DNA of 64,000 nucleotides from an uncultured Gammaproteobacteria bacterium. Lineage in GTDB: Bacteria; Patescibacteriota; Microgenomatia; CAZETR01; Amesbacteraceae. The notes beneath the pieces were generated by a model. That model was not told where the DNA came from. It saw only the letters and a list, made by a program, of their open reading frames with translations, and did not search any database. The translations under genes and the position numbers were made by a program. The stretch spans positions 56,218 through 120,217 of the forward strand of contig CAZWKN010000001.1 in the NCBI GenBank assembly GCA_964633995.1. The letters run 5' to 3'. Shown piece after piece: positions 56,285-64,000 of this stretch (within the stretch, counting starts at the first letter, position 1; each line of letters starts with the position of its first letter).

Positions 56285-56958
56285 AAAAGGTTAGTGTGAG
56301 GGGGGTGATATTTGATTTGGATGGGACGGTGTTTGATAATGAGGGAGAGTGGGAAGCAGCCTTTAGGGTCGTAATGGACAATGGACATTTGACAATTGAC
56401 AATGGAGGGAGGAATGGGTGGGTGCATGAGCCGGGGATTGGGATAGGGCCAAATTGGCGGAAGTTGATACCCCATGATCCAGCAAAGATTGAGAAACTGA
56501 CATTGGAAACATGCAAAGTCTATCAGGAACAATTTGCCAGTTTGAGGGTAAGGGATGGACTATTAGATCTCGTGGAAAAAATTAAGGAGAAAGGACTTTT
56601 GACCGGACTGGCGACGGGAAGTAGTTGGAACATGGTGGAAAGAGAATTGGAAGAGCTTAATTTATACTTGGCTTTTGACGTTACTACTACTGGCGAAGAA
56701 GTATTGGTGCAAAAACCTGATCCGGAAATATATTTACTGACTGCAGGTAAGTTGGAATTGGATCCAACTGAGTGTGTAGTTATTGAAGACGCCGTTGCTG
56801 GCGTGCAGGCGGCGGTAGAAGCCGGGTGCCGGGTGGTGGGAATAAAATCTGAATATGCCAGTGAGGAAATGCTTAAGAATGCGGGGTGTGAATGGGTGGT
56901 GGAAAGTTTGGAAGAGGTGGCAGATTTGATTTTAGTTGACGAGGGGAGTATACTATAA
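56281..56958 (+). CDS. HAD family phosphatase
   Basis: FDLDGT, KPDPEIY, IEDA. Confidence 0.92.
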   Translation: MKKVSVRGVIFDLDGTVFDNEGEWEAAFRVVMDNGHLTIDNGGRNGWVHEPGIGIGPNWRKLIPHDPAKIEKLTLETCKVYQEQFASLRVRDGLLDLVEKIKEKGLLTGLATGSSWNMVERELEELNLYLAFDVTTTGEEVLVQKPDPEIYLLTAGKLELDPTECVVIEDAVAGVQAAVEAGCRVVGIKSEYASEEMLKNAGCEWVVESLEEVADLILVDEGSIL

Positions 56959-56963
56959 GACAT

Positions 56964-57251
56964 ATGAGCGTAGTACAAAGTGCATTAGGATTATATCTCT
57001 CTGGCGTGATGGCATTTATTGGAGCTGAGGGGGTAGGGCCTAGGGGAATTGAGATCATTAATGTTGATGGTAGTAGAATATTGTGTCCTGCTGGAAAAGA
57101 AGTGGGGATTTACATGCCACCCGAGGGTAGCGTGACCTCAACGGTTTCGACAAATTGTAACCGTACGATGAGGATTGGTCCTGGTATGAGGGTTTTACGG
57201 GATGGAAAAGAGTGGCGCGTAACTGAACTTAATCCGCGTAGTGTTAGGTAA
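56964..57251 (+). CDS. Hypothetical secreted protein
   Basis: Hydrophobic N-terminus, Cys pair. Confidence 0.5.
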   Translation: MSVVQSALGLYLSGVMAFIGAEGVGPRGIEIINVDGSRILCPAGKEVGIYMPPEGSVTSTVSTNCNRTMRIGPGMRVLRDGKEWRVTELNPRSVR

Positions 57252-57302
57252 GCTAAATAGTGCTGTATTGAATTGGGCTTGGGGAATTCGTATCATTGAT
57301 GG

Positions 57303-57749
57303 GTGAAGTTTTTGTATTTGATATTAGGAGTGATTGGGGTGGGGTTGGTGGTGGTGTTTTTGAATTTGTTGGTATTAAGTCCCAAGAAAGTGCAAAAAGG
57401 GGTAGAGCTACTTAGGCAATCTAGCCCGCCAAGTTTGGCCTGGAAACAGGAGTTGAAGGCTTTGATTGGTGCTGACGTTGGTAGACATGTAATTGACACC
57501 GATCCGGATTTTTTGATAGTTTTGGGTACGGTAGATCGGATTGAGCCGCATTTGGTGCTTAAAGCCGGTAACGCGGAAATTGAGATAGTGACATCGCCGG
57601 AGACGGAGTACCAGAGAATTGTTGGAACTAACTTGGCTTCAGCCAGACGGGCTAGTATGGTAGAGATAACAAAGGGTGCGAGTTTAATTGTAAGATTGGT
57701 AGCAGCGAATGGGAAATATGTGGCGAAATATATTCAGATTCAGCAGTAG
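57303..57749 (+). CDS. Membrane-anchored OB-fold-like hypothetical protein
   Basis: N-terminal TM; C-terminal beta strands. Confidence 0.6.
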   Translation: MKFLYLILGVIGVGLVVVFLNLLVLSPKKVQKGVELLRQSSPPSLAWKQELKALIGADVGRHVIDTDPDFLIVLGTVDRIEPHLVLKAGNAEIEIVTSPETEYQRIVGTNLASARRASMVEITKGASLIVRLVAANGKYVAKYIQIQQ

Positions 57750-59910
57750 TCTGGTAATAATCTTGGTGTTTGGGTTGATTGCGTTACCCGGACGGATTTT
57801 GGCGTTGTCGTATGGTACATCGTGTGGTTGGACAGGGACTCAATGTGGAGTTTCGGTGTGCACGGCCTACGAAGATATTGGTAAGCCATGCGCCATGTCT
57901 GGTGGACAGTGTTGGTGTTCGTATTCTGTGGGCTGTACCAGCTCCGGGTGTTGGCCGGCTGCATGTACCGGAACAACGGTTTTTACAATGCAGCCGAATT
58001 CGTATTGTGCGCCCGACCCCACCAATACTCCGGTGCCGACTGATATTCCTGGCGGAGTGATGTATTGTGGTAATTGTGATGCGGGTACATGTGGGTTGAT
58101 GGACGCGGCTGGTTGCGCTACGGTTGGAGACACAGATGGAAATGGGGTATGTAGTGGAAATTGCGCCGGCACTACTCCTTCGGCGTGTAATCCTGGAACT
58201 TTTATCGGAAGTACGATTTCGAGCACTCAATTAAACCCGGGTCAATCTGTAAACGTAAGCTGTGATTATGGAGTGACGCCTGATTGTATCTGGCCTGATT
58301 TGCCAACCCCTTGTACTTGGACGGGTAATTCGGGATCGGTGATTAACTTTAACTGTACGGCACCATTGGTTAACGGTAGTTATAACGTCTCGTGTGGCAT
58401 GCATACGGGAACCGGGGGAAATTGTTGTGCATCCACTAATAGTGGTCCAGCGTTTAACGTGGGTCCGACGCCAACTGCTATACCAATACCTACGTGTAAT
58501 TTGACTGGGCCTGTGAAAGTTTGTCAAAACCAATCATTTGGCCCGTTTGGGGCAACAACCAATGGTACTGCCGGTGGGGTGACTAGTGTGGGAATATATG
58601 AGTCTTTGGTTTCTACTCCAAATGCCTGGGATACAATTGTGACGACTAATGGTACAAGTGTATCTGGTAATTGGGTGTTTAGTTCTTTAGGAAATCATTA
58701 CGCAGTGTGTAACGCGTATAACACTCCCGGGGGAACTAAATGTTCGGGAAATGCGCCAGGAGGAACTATGGATTTGTGGGGAAATCCATTGATTAGTTGG
58801 TCTGACTGTGGAAGTTTGGATGTACTAACAGTGACAAGTGTGACTAATCCTTCGGCCCCTGGAAGTGTTTGGGGGGTAGATGTAGGAAATAAAATTGACG
58901 TTCATTGGACTGCTGGGGCCGGAATGACTGGATATAATGTATATCGAGGAACAGACGCATCGGGTGTACTTTTGACTCCAGTTCCACTTGCTTCGACCAC
59001 CACTAGCTTTGTCGATGCCACTGCGATTTGTGGTTCGTTGCAGTCTTATTATGTTGAGTCGGTAAATTCGGCTAACCCAGTTAGTTGTCAGGCTTCGGGT
59101 AGTGTAGGATTTGGGAGCTGTATAAATTATCAACCTTGGTTTTCGGTTTTTGGTGGAGGAGTGGTGGGTGCAAGTGGCAATGTAGGGACGACAATCCCGT
59201 CAGGTAAATTTATGATAAATGGATCGGGAATGGTTTTTGGGCGGGATTGGTATGGCAATTTAAGCTCTGCAAACGTGTCAACAAATGCATGGATGGTTAA
59301 AAATGATTCCTGGGTAGACATCGCTTCAAAGAATGAAAATAAATATTCGGCACTAAAGGAGCGCTTAATGGTGCAATCGATGCCGATAACAATAAATGCA
59401 GTTGACCCTAATTTAATTACCGTTATTGATTCGGCTTCTAATGGAAACAAGATTTCGGATGTGACTGTGGGATATTCCGGTGCGGGCTTGACTCTAAATT
59501 CTGCACAAAATTTAAACGGACGGAAGATGGTGATTTTGGTGGAAGGGGGGAATGTTAATTTGAACGGCCAGGTTAGGGTAGGGGCGGGGGGATTTTTGGC
59601 TATTTTAGCTAAAAATGACATTAATATTTCTACTACGGTTGGGGAAGGTGTCCCTGGTGATATTACTCTTGCGGGTTATGCTCCTCATCTTGAAGGCATA
59701 TTTTATGCTCAAGGCAGTATCTATACTGGAGTTGGGGTAAAACAATTGCGAATAGACGGATCTTTGGTGGGAATGGGTGGTGTGTCTTTACAAAGAACGT
59801 ATATGGGTCAATACCCGGCAGAATATGTATATTTTAGACCTGATCTTGCGGATATCATGACCAAATTAAATTTGAGGAAGAAAGTTTTACAAGAACAAGT
59901 AAATCCCTAA
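57718..59910 (+). CDS. Large Cys-rich secreted protein with FN3-like domain
   Basis: Signal peptide, many Cys, W..GAGMTGYNVYRG FN3 motif. Confidence 0.75.
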   Translation: MWRNIFRFSSSLVIILVFGLIALPGRILALSYGTSCGWTGTQCGVSVCTAYEDIGKPCAMSGGQCWCSYSVGCTSSGCWPAACTGTTVFTMQPNSYCAPDPTNTPVPTDIPGGVMYCGNCDAGTCGLMDAAGCATVGDTDGNGVCSGNCAGTTPSACNPGTFIGSTISSTQLNPGQSVNVSCDYGVTPDCIWPDLPTPCTWTGNSGSVINFNCTAPLVNGSYNVSCGMHTGTGGNCCASTNSGPAFNVGPTPTAIPIPTCNLTGPVKVCQNQSFGPFGATTNGTAGGVTSVGIYESLVSTPNAWDTIVTTNGTSVSGNWVFSSLGNHYAVCNAYNTPGGTKCSGNAPGGTMDLWGNPLISWSDCGSLDVLTVTSVTNPSAPGSVWGVDVGNKIDVHWTAGAGMTGYNVYRGTDASGVLLTPVPLASTTTSFVDATAICGSLQSYYVESVNSANPVSCQASGSVGFGSCINYQPWFSVFGGGVVGASGNVGTTIPSGKFMINGSGMVFGRDWYGNLSSANVSTNAWMVKNDSWVDIASKNENKYSALKERLMVQSMPITINAVDPNLITVIDSASNGNKISDVTVGYSGAGLTLNSAQNLNGRKMVILVEGGNVNLNGQVRVGAGGFLAILAKNDINISTTVGEGVPGDITLAGYAPHLEGIFYAQGSIYTGVGVKQLRIDGSLVGMGGVSLQRTYMGQYPAEYVYFRPDLADIMTKLNLRKKVLQEQVNP

Positions 59911-59931
59911 TAAATATATAATGAATAGACC

Positions 59932-61179
59932 ATGAAGAAGTGGAATGTGGGACCGGGAATTGTAACTGGGGCTGCAGACGATGATCCGTCTGGGATTGCC
60001 ACATTTGCACTGGCAGGGGCAAGATTTGGATTTTCCATGTTGTGGGTGAGTCTTTTTACAATTCCATTTATGGCGGCGGTGCAAGAGATGTGTGCTCGGA
60101 TCGGAATGGAGACAAAAGTGGGGTTGATGGGGGCTTTGAAAAAATGTTTCCCTCATAAAAGGGCTAAACCGTTTTTGGTTTTATTGGCTGGTTTGGTGTT
60201 TTTGGCCAATACATTGAACGTGGGAGCTGACGTGTCGGCGATGGTTGCTACCACCAGATTGCTTGTGGCAGTTCCTGAGGTGGTGCTGGCTATAATATAT
60301 GTCGTAGTATTGGGATTTTTGGTGGTAGTGGGTTCATATAAAACGGTGGCCTCGGTGTTTAAGTGGCTGAGCATGATTCTGTTTTTATATATATTTTCAG
60401 CTCTTTTGGCCCATTTAAACTGGAAAGATGTGCTGATGGGTACATTGTTTCCGAAGATTTCGTGGACGAAAGACTACTTTATGATGTTGGTGGCTATGTT
60501 GGGTACCACTATTAGTCCTTATTTATTTTTTTGGCAGGCTTCTGAAGAGGTCGAGGAAAAAGAGGAGGATGCAAGACTCCGGGGGATTTCTAGAATAGAG
60601 TTGACGAAAAAGGATCTAGGGATAATGCGTAAAGATGTGCTAATTGGAATGGCCTTTTCGAATATAGCAATGTATTTTGTGGTTGCGGCAACAGCCGGAA
60701 CCTTACATGCGCATGGTATTACCAATGTATTGACGCCGGTAGATGCGGCAGTAGCGCTGGAGCCTGTAGCCGGAAGATTCAGCGCTCTTTTTTTTACTTT
60801 AGGGGTATTGGGTACTGGTATGTTGGCGATCCCGGTTTTGGCAGGTTCTGCGGCTTATGCGGTTGGTGAAACCTTTGATCTTAGTACGGGTCTCAATAAA
60901 TCGTGGCAGAAAGCGAGGGGTTTTTACGGGATATTTATTGCGGCTTTGGTGGGAGGGCTAATTTTGTCGGTTGTGGGTTTTGATCCAATTAAGTTGCTAT
61001 TTTATACTGCGGTGGTGTTTGGTGTGATTTCTCCACCGTTGATAGCGTTGGTTTTGTGGGTTGCGAACTCAAAGCGTGTGATGGGGGATCGGGTCAATGG
61101 AGGGATAGCAAACACCCTGGGATTTATGACGCTACTAATTATGTCTGTTGCGGCGGTTGTTATGTTTGTGGTAACCTAA
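59932..61179 (+). CDS. NRAMP-family divalent metal transporter
   Basis: GPGIVTGAADDDPSGIAT, LGTTISPYLFFWQ. Confidence 0.9.
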   Translation: MKKWNVGPGIVTGAADDDPSGIATFALAGARFGFSMLWVSLFTIPFMAAVQEMCARIGMETKVGLMGALKKCFPHKRAKPFLVLLAGLVFLANTLNVGADVSAMVATTRLLVAVPEVVLAIIYVVVLGFLVVVGSYKTVASVFKWLSMILFLYIFSALLAHLNWKDVLMGTLFPKISWTKDYFMMLVAMLGTTISPYLFFWQASEEVEEKEEDARLRGISRIELTKKDLGIMRKDVLIGMAFSNIAMYFVVAATAGTLHAHGITNVLTPVDAAVALEPVAGRFSALFFTLGVLGTGMLAIPVLAGSAAYAVGETFDLSTGLNKSWQKARGFYGIFIAALVGGLILSVVGFDPIKLLFYTAVVFGVISPPLIALVLWVANSKRVMGDRVNGGIANTLGFMTLLIMSVAAVVMFVVT

Positions 61180-61184
61180 GTTCA

Positions 61185-61802
61185 ATGCCCAATGAAGAAC
61201 CAAAGACTGATAAGCCGAGTGTGAGATTTGAAACCGTGGTTGAGGCTCCGGTAGTGGAGAGCCCGGTGGAACAACTAGCTTCGGTACCTGAGACTTCGGT
61301 ACCTGACCATATTTATGTGAAGCAAAGTAAGAGAGTTGGCGGAGAGTGGTTGTGGGTTGTGTTGGCTTTTGTGTTGGGAGGCGTGGTCGGTGGTGTGGGT
61401 GGATTTGTGGTTTGGGGAAAATCGCAGGCTAAGATAGTTCCTAGTTCGTCGTTTTCCCAAGAAGAGGCAACAGTGGCTCCTACTGCCGAACCAAGCCCTA
61501 CCATCTCTGTAAGTGTGAAGAGAAGCGATTTAAAGGTGAAGGTGTTGAATGGGAGCGGGGTCGTTGGGGCTGCGTCTTTGGCAAAGACTTTCTTGGAGAG
61601 TATGGGGTATAAGGGCGTGTCAACTGGTAATGCAGATAAGACTGATGTGGAAAAAACGAGTATTGCAATTAAGGTCAGTAAAAGAGAATTTTTGGATACT
61701 TTGCGGTCGGATTTGGGTAGTAAGTACACTTTGGAGGTTGGTGGGGATGATTTGGACTCCGATAGTGTTTATGATGTAGTGGTGACCTTGGGGCTTAAAT
61801 AG
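61185..61802 (+). CDS. LytR C-terminal domain membrane protein
   Basis: VKVLNGSGVVGAA, GNA, DVVVTLG. Confidence 0.85.
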   Translation: MPNEEPKTDKPSVRFETVVEAPVVESPVEQLASVPETSVPDHIYVKQSKRVGGEWLWVVLAFVLGGVVGGVGGFVVWGKSQAKIVPSSSFSQEEATVAPTAEPSPTISVSVKRSDLKVKVLNGSGVVGAASLAKTFLESMGYKGVSTGNADKTDVEKTSIAIKVSKREFLDTLRSDLGSKYTLEVGGDDLDSDSVYDVVVTLGLK

Positions 61803-63176
61803 TTAGATTAGAAGGCGGACGGTTGTCCCGGCTCCGGGTGATGAGGAAATGGTTATTTCGAGACCGTAAAGCTTGCAAAGCTTGTTGACGATTGACATGC
61901 CCAACCCCGTTCCTCGGCCGACAAATTTGTCGAATATTTTGGCGACTTCTTCACTCGTCATGCCGATGCCGGTATCGGAAATTGAGATTTCAAGTGATTT
62001 GCCGATTTGGGAGGCTTGGATAGCTATAGAACCCTGGTCAGTATTGTACTTGATGCTGTTGGAAATAATATTTCCTAAGATAATTTCCAAGACGTGTTGA
62101 TTGGTGTGAACATGTAAATTGTGATCAACCATGTTGTGAATGACTAGTGATTTTTGCTCTATCTGATGCGAAAGGTTTGATAGAATGCGTGAAATAACGG
62201 GTGAAAGTGTGAAGGTGGTAGATTTGGATGGAGACGCATTGGGGTCTGTCGATTTGGCCAGGGTTAGTAAGGTTTCCAAAATTTGGTTAAGTTCAAATAA
62301 CGAGTTTTTGACTTGAGAAATATATTTGTGCTTGGAGTCTTGGTCTTCTTTGATCAGGGCGAGTTCAAGCGAAGACACGGCCTGGGTAAGAGGGGTTTTC
62401 AGTTCGTGAGAAGCATGGGCAATAAAGTCTTTTTGTTTGGAAAAACTTTCGGAAATCCGATCGATCATGGAATTGTAGGCCGAAGTTAGGGTGAGGATTT
62501 CTGGGGTAGACTTTGGTGGTAGAACTATTTTTTCAAGTAGCTCGTGTGATTTTGTCAGCTGAAGTTTTTTGATAACAGTTTTTAGAGGTGAAAGTGATGT
62601 AGTGCTTACAAAATGGGAAATAAGCCAGATAAAGAAAATGCTTACTGGAAGGAGGATGGATAAAATAGTGATACTCATTCTGGTGATACTGCGAATGAAT
62701 TGAGTTTGCTTGGCAACTTGGATAAGCCCTACTGTATGGCCGTCAATGACCAAGGGGGCGGAATAGGATTCGAAATCTATGCCATCTGATGAAGTAAAGT
62801 CAAAGAAAGTTGTTTTGGACAGGCTGATATTTTTTACCGAGTCCAGTTTATTTGAAGTTTCTAGATCATGATAATATCCATAGGTGCTGATTGGGGTGAG
62901 GTTTGAGTCGTAGATGATTGCCGATAGATCAGATGATCTTAACCTGCTGGATATGGTCTGACCTGATGGGCCATATTTATACTTAATTTGATTGTCAGAA
63001 TAGGTGATTTGGTCGTTTACAAGATCTATGGTTTGGTTTTGTAGAAACGACCTGATGTCTTGTTCGACCAACCAGTAAAATGAAACACCAAACGCAATGG
63101 CAGTAGTTAGCAGGATGATAGTCACGAACAAACTATTGAGTAGGGCAATTCTGGTAGAAATAGTTAGTTTGAACAT
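61803..63176 (-). CDS. HAMP sensor histidine kinase
   Basis: ASHELKTPL, NSIKY, DTGIG, GTGLG. Confidence 0.95.
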   Translation of the reverse strand: MFKLTISTRIALLNSLFVTIILLTTAIAFGVSFYWLVEQDIRSFLQNQTIDLVNDQITYSDNQIKYKYGPSGQTISSRLRSSDLSAIIYDSNLTPISTYGYYHDLETSNKLDSVKNISLSKTTFFDFTSSDGIDFESYSAPLVIDGHTVGLIQVAKQTQFIRSITRMSITILSILLPVSIFFIWLISHFVSTTSLSPLKTVIKKLQLTKSHELLEKIVLPPKSTPEILTLTSAYNSMIDRISESFSKQKDFIAHASHELKTPLTQAVSSLELALIKEDQDSKHKYISQVKNSLFELNQILETLLTLAKSTDPNASPSKSTTFTLSPVISRILSNLSHQIEQKSLVIHNMVDHNLHVHTNQHVLEIILGNIISNSIKYNTDQGSIAIQASQIGKSLEISISDTGIGMTSEEVAKIFDKFVGRGTGLGMSIVNKLCKLYGLEITISSSPGAGTTVRLLI

Positions 63177-63832
63177 AGGACATAACCTTTACCTTTAATG
63201 GTTTGGATAAGTTGGTGTGACACATCACCCAACTTGTGACGTAAGTATCTGATATGAACATCGACTGTGTTTGAGAGCTGATTAGTGTCTTCTCCCCAGA
63301 CGTTTGAAAGAAGTTTTAGCCGATCTTGAGATTGGTTTTTGTATTTGGCCAAATATTCAAGCAAGGCAAACTCTCTGGGGGAAAGATTGATCTCGTGGTT
63401 GTTCTTTGTTACCACTCGAAGGTTGGTATCAATAGTGATGTCTTTTATTTTGATTATTGGATCTGGCAGGGTCTCAGGTCTTCTCATTAAGGCTCGAACT
63501 CTTGCCAGCAATTCATCGATATTAAATGGCTTGGTGAGATAGTCGTCTGCTCCGGCGTCTAAACCCTCGACGAGATCTTCTGTCTGGGATTTAGCTGTGA
63601 GCATTAAAATGGGAGTTGTGCACTCTGCGGATCTAAGGGATTTGGATACTTCTGGACCAGGAAGATCTGGAAGCATCCAGTCCAATATAATTAAATCGTA
63701 ATTTTCCATTAGTGCCTGGTCAATTCCTTTTTCGCCCGTGTGTGCTAAGTCTACCGTATAAGTAGATTCCACGAGTAATTCCTTTAAGTTTTGGGCTATT
63801 TGGCGATCGTCTTCGATGATGAGTATTTTCAT
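63164..63832 (-). CDS. OmpR-family response regulator
   Basis: IEDD, LDWMLP, GADDYLTKPF, VDVHIRYLR. Confidence 0.96.
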   Translation of the reverse strand: MKILIIEDDRQIAQNLKELLVESTYTVDLAHTGEKGIDQALMENYDLIILDWMLPDLPGPEVSKSLRSAECTTPILMLTAKSQTEDLVEGLDAGADDYLTKPFNIDELLARVRALMRRPETLPDPIIKIKDITIDTNLRVVTKNNHEINLSPREFALLEYLAKYKNQSQDRLKLLSNVWGEDTNQLSNTVDVHIRYLRHKLGDVSHQLIQTIKGKGYVLCSN

Positions 63833-64000
63833 ATGGCGTATTTTTGCATTTGAGAAAAAATCCTATCGTTGTGCTGATTGTTAAATTCGGTAGTCATATC
63901 CGTATTGCATGTAAATACGTCTCCCCCTGAATGGATTGACCTAAAGGTTGTGATGTCGAATTTTTGCCCTCTGACAACTACGATGCATCGGTTGTCTTTG
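63829..64000 (-). CDS. Cytochrome b5-like heme-binding domain protein, 3' part only; not in the ORF track
   Basis: ...RCIVVVRGQKFDITTFRSIHSGGDVFTCNTDMTTEFNNQH...; ATGA overlap with the regulator. Confidence 0.75.
   Translation of the reverse strand, partial: KDNRCIVVVRGQKFDITTFRSIHSGGDVFTCNTDMTTEFNNQHNDRIFSQMQKYAI

Overview
A gene-dense, strongly G-skewed 64-kb chromosome segment with most genes on the + strand. It reads like a Patescibacteria/CPR genome, probably Microgenomates; this is inferred from gene content, the many ORFans, the short EF-Ts and tsf lying directly next to frr. It carries housekeeping genes (mgtA, pilB/gspE, murF, rpmB, rpmG, fmt, def, galU, mreB, mrdA, topA, tmk, glyA, folD, rpsB-tsf-frr, rseP, queA, tgt, rpsU, ybeY, dnaX-ybaB-recR, cysS, a two-component system), four tRNAs and a 6S-like RNA. 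No CRISPR array, transposase or reverse transcriptase is visible. Main observations: (1) an ultrashort-Stem-I T-box riboswitch heads a translationally coupled operon with no synthetase, encoding a phosphoribosyltransferase-like protein, a BtpA/SgcQ barrel and a tRNA-binding protein; (2) a vanX + divergent Ddl + SAM methyltransferase + orphan ribB operon lies just upstream of hydrolase-murF; (3) short-period tandem repeats and palindromic REP/MITE-like elements are pervasive and sit in frame inside essential genes; (4) -10 boxes lie 6-7 nt before many start codons, implying leaderless mRNAs; (5) three of four tRNAs have non-canonical T-loops. All family assignments come from motif recognition by eye, not database searches.
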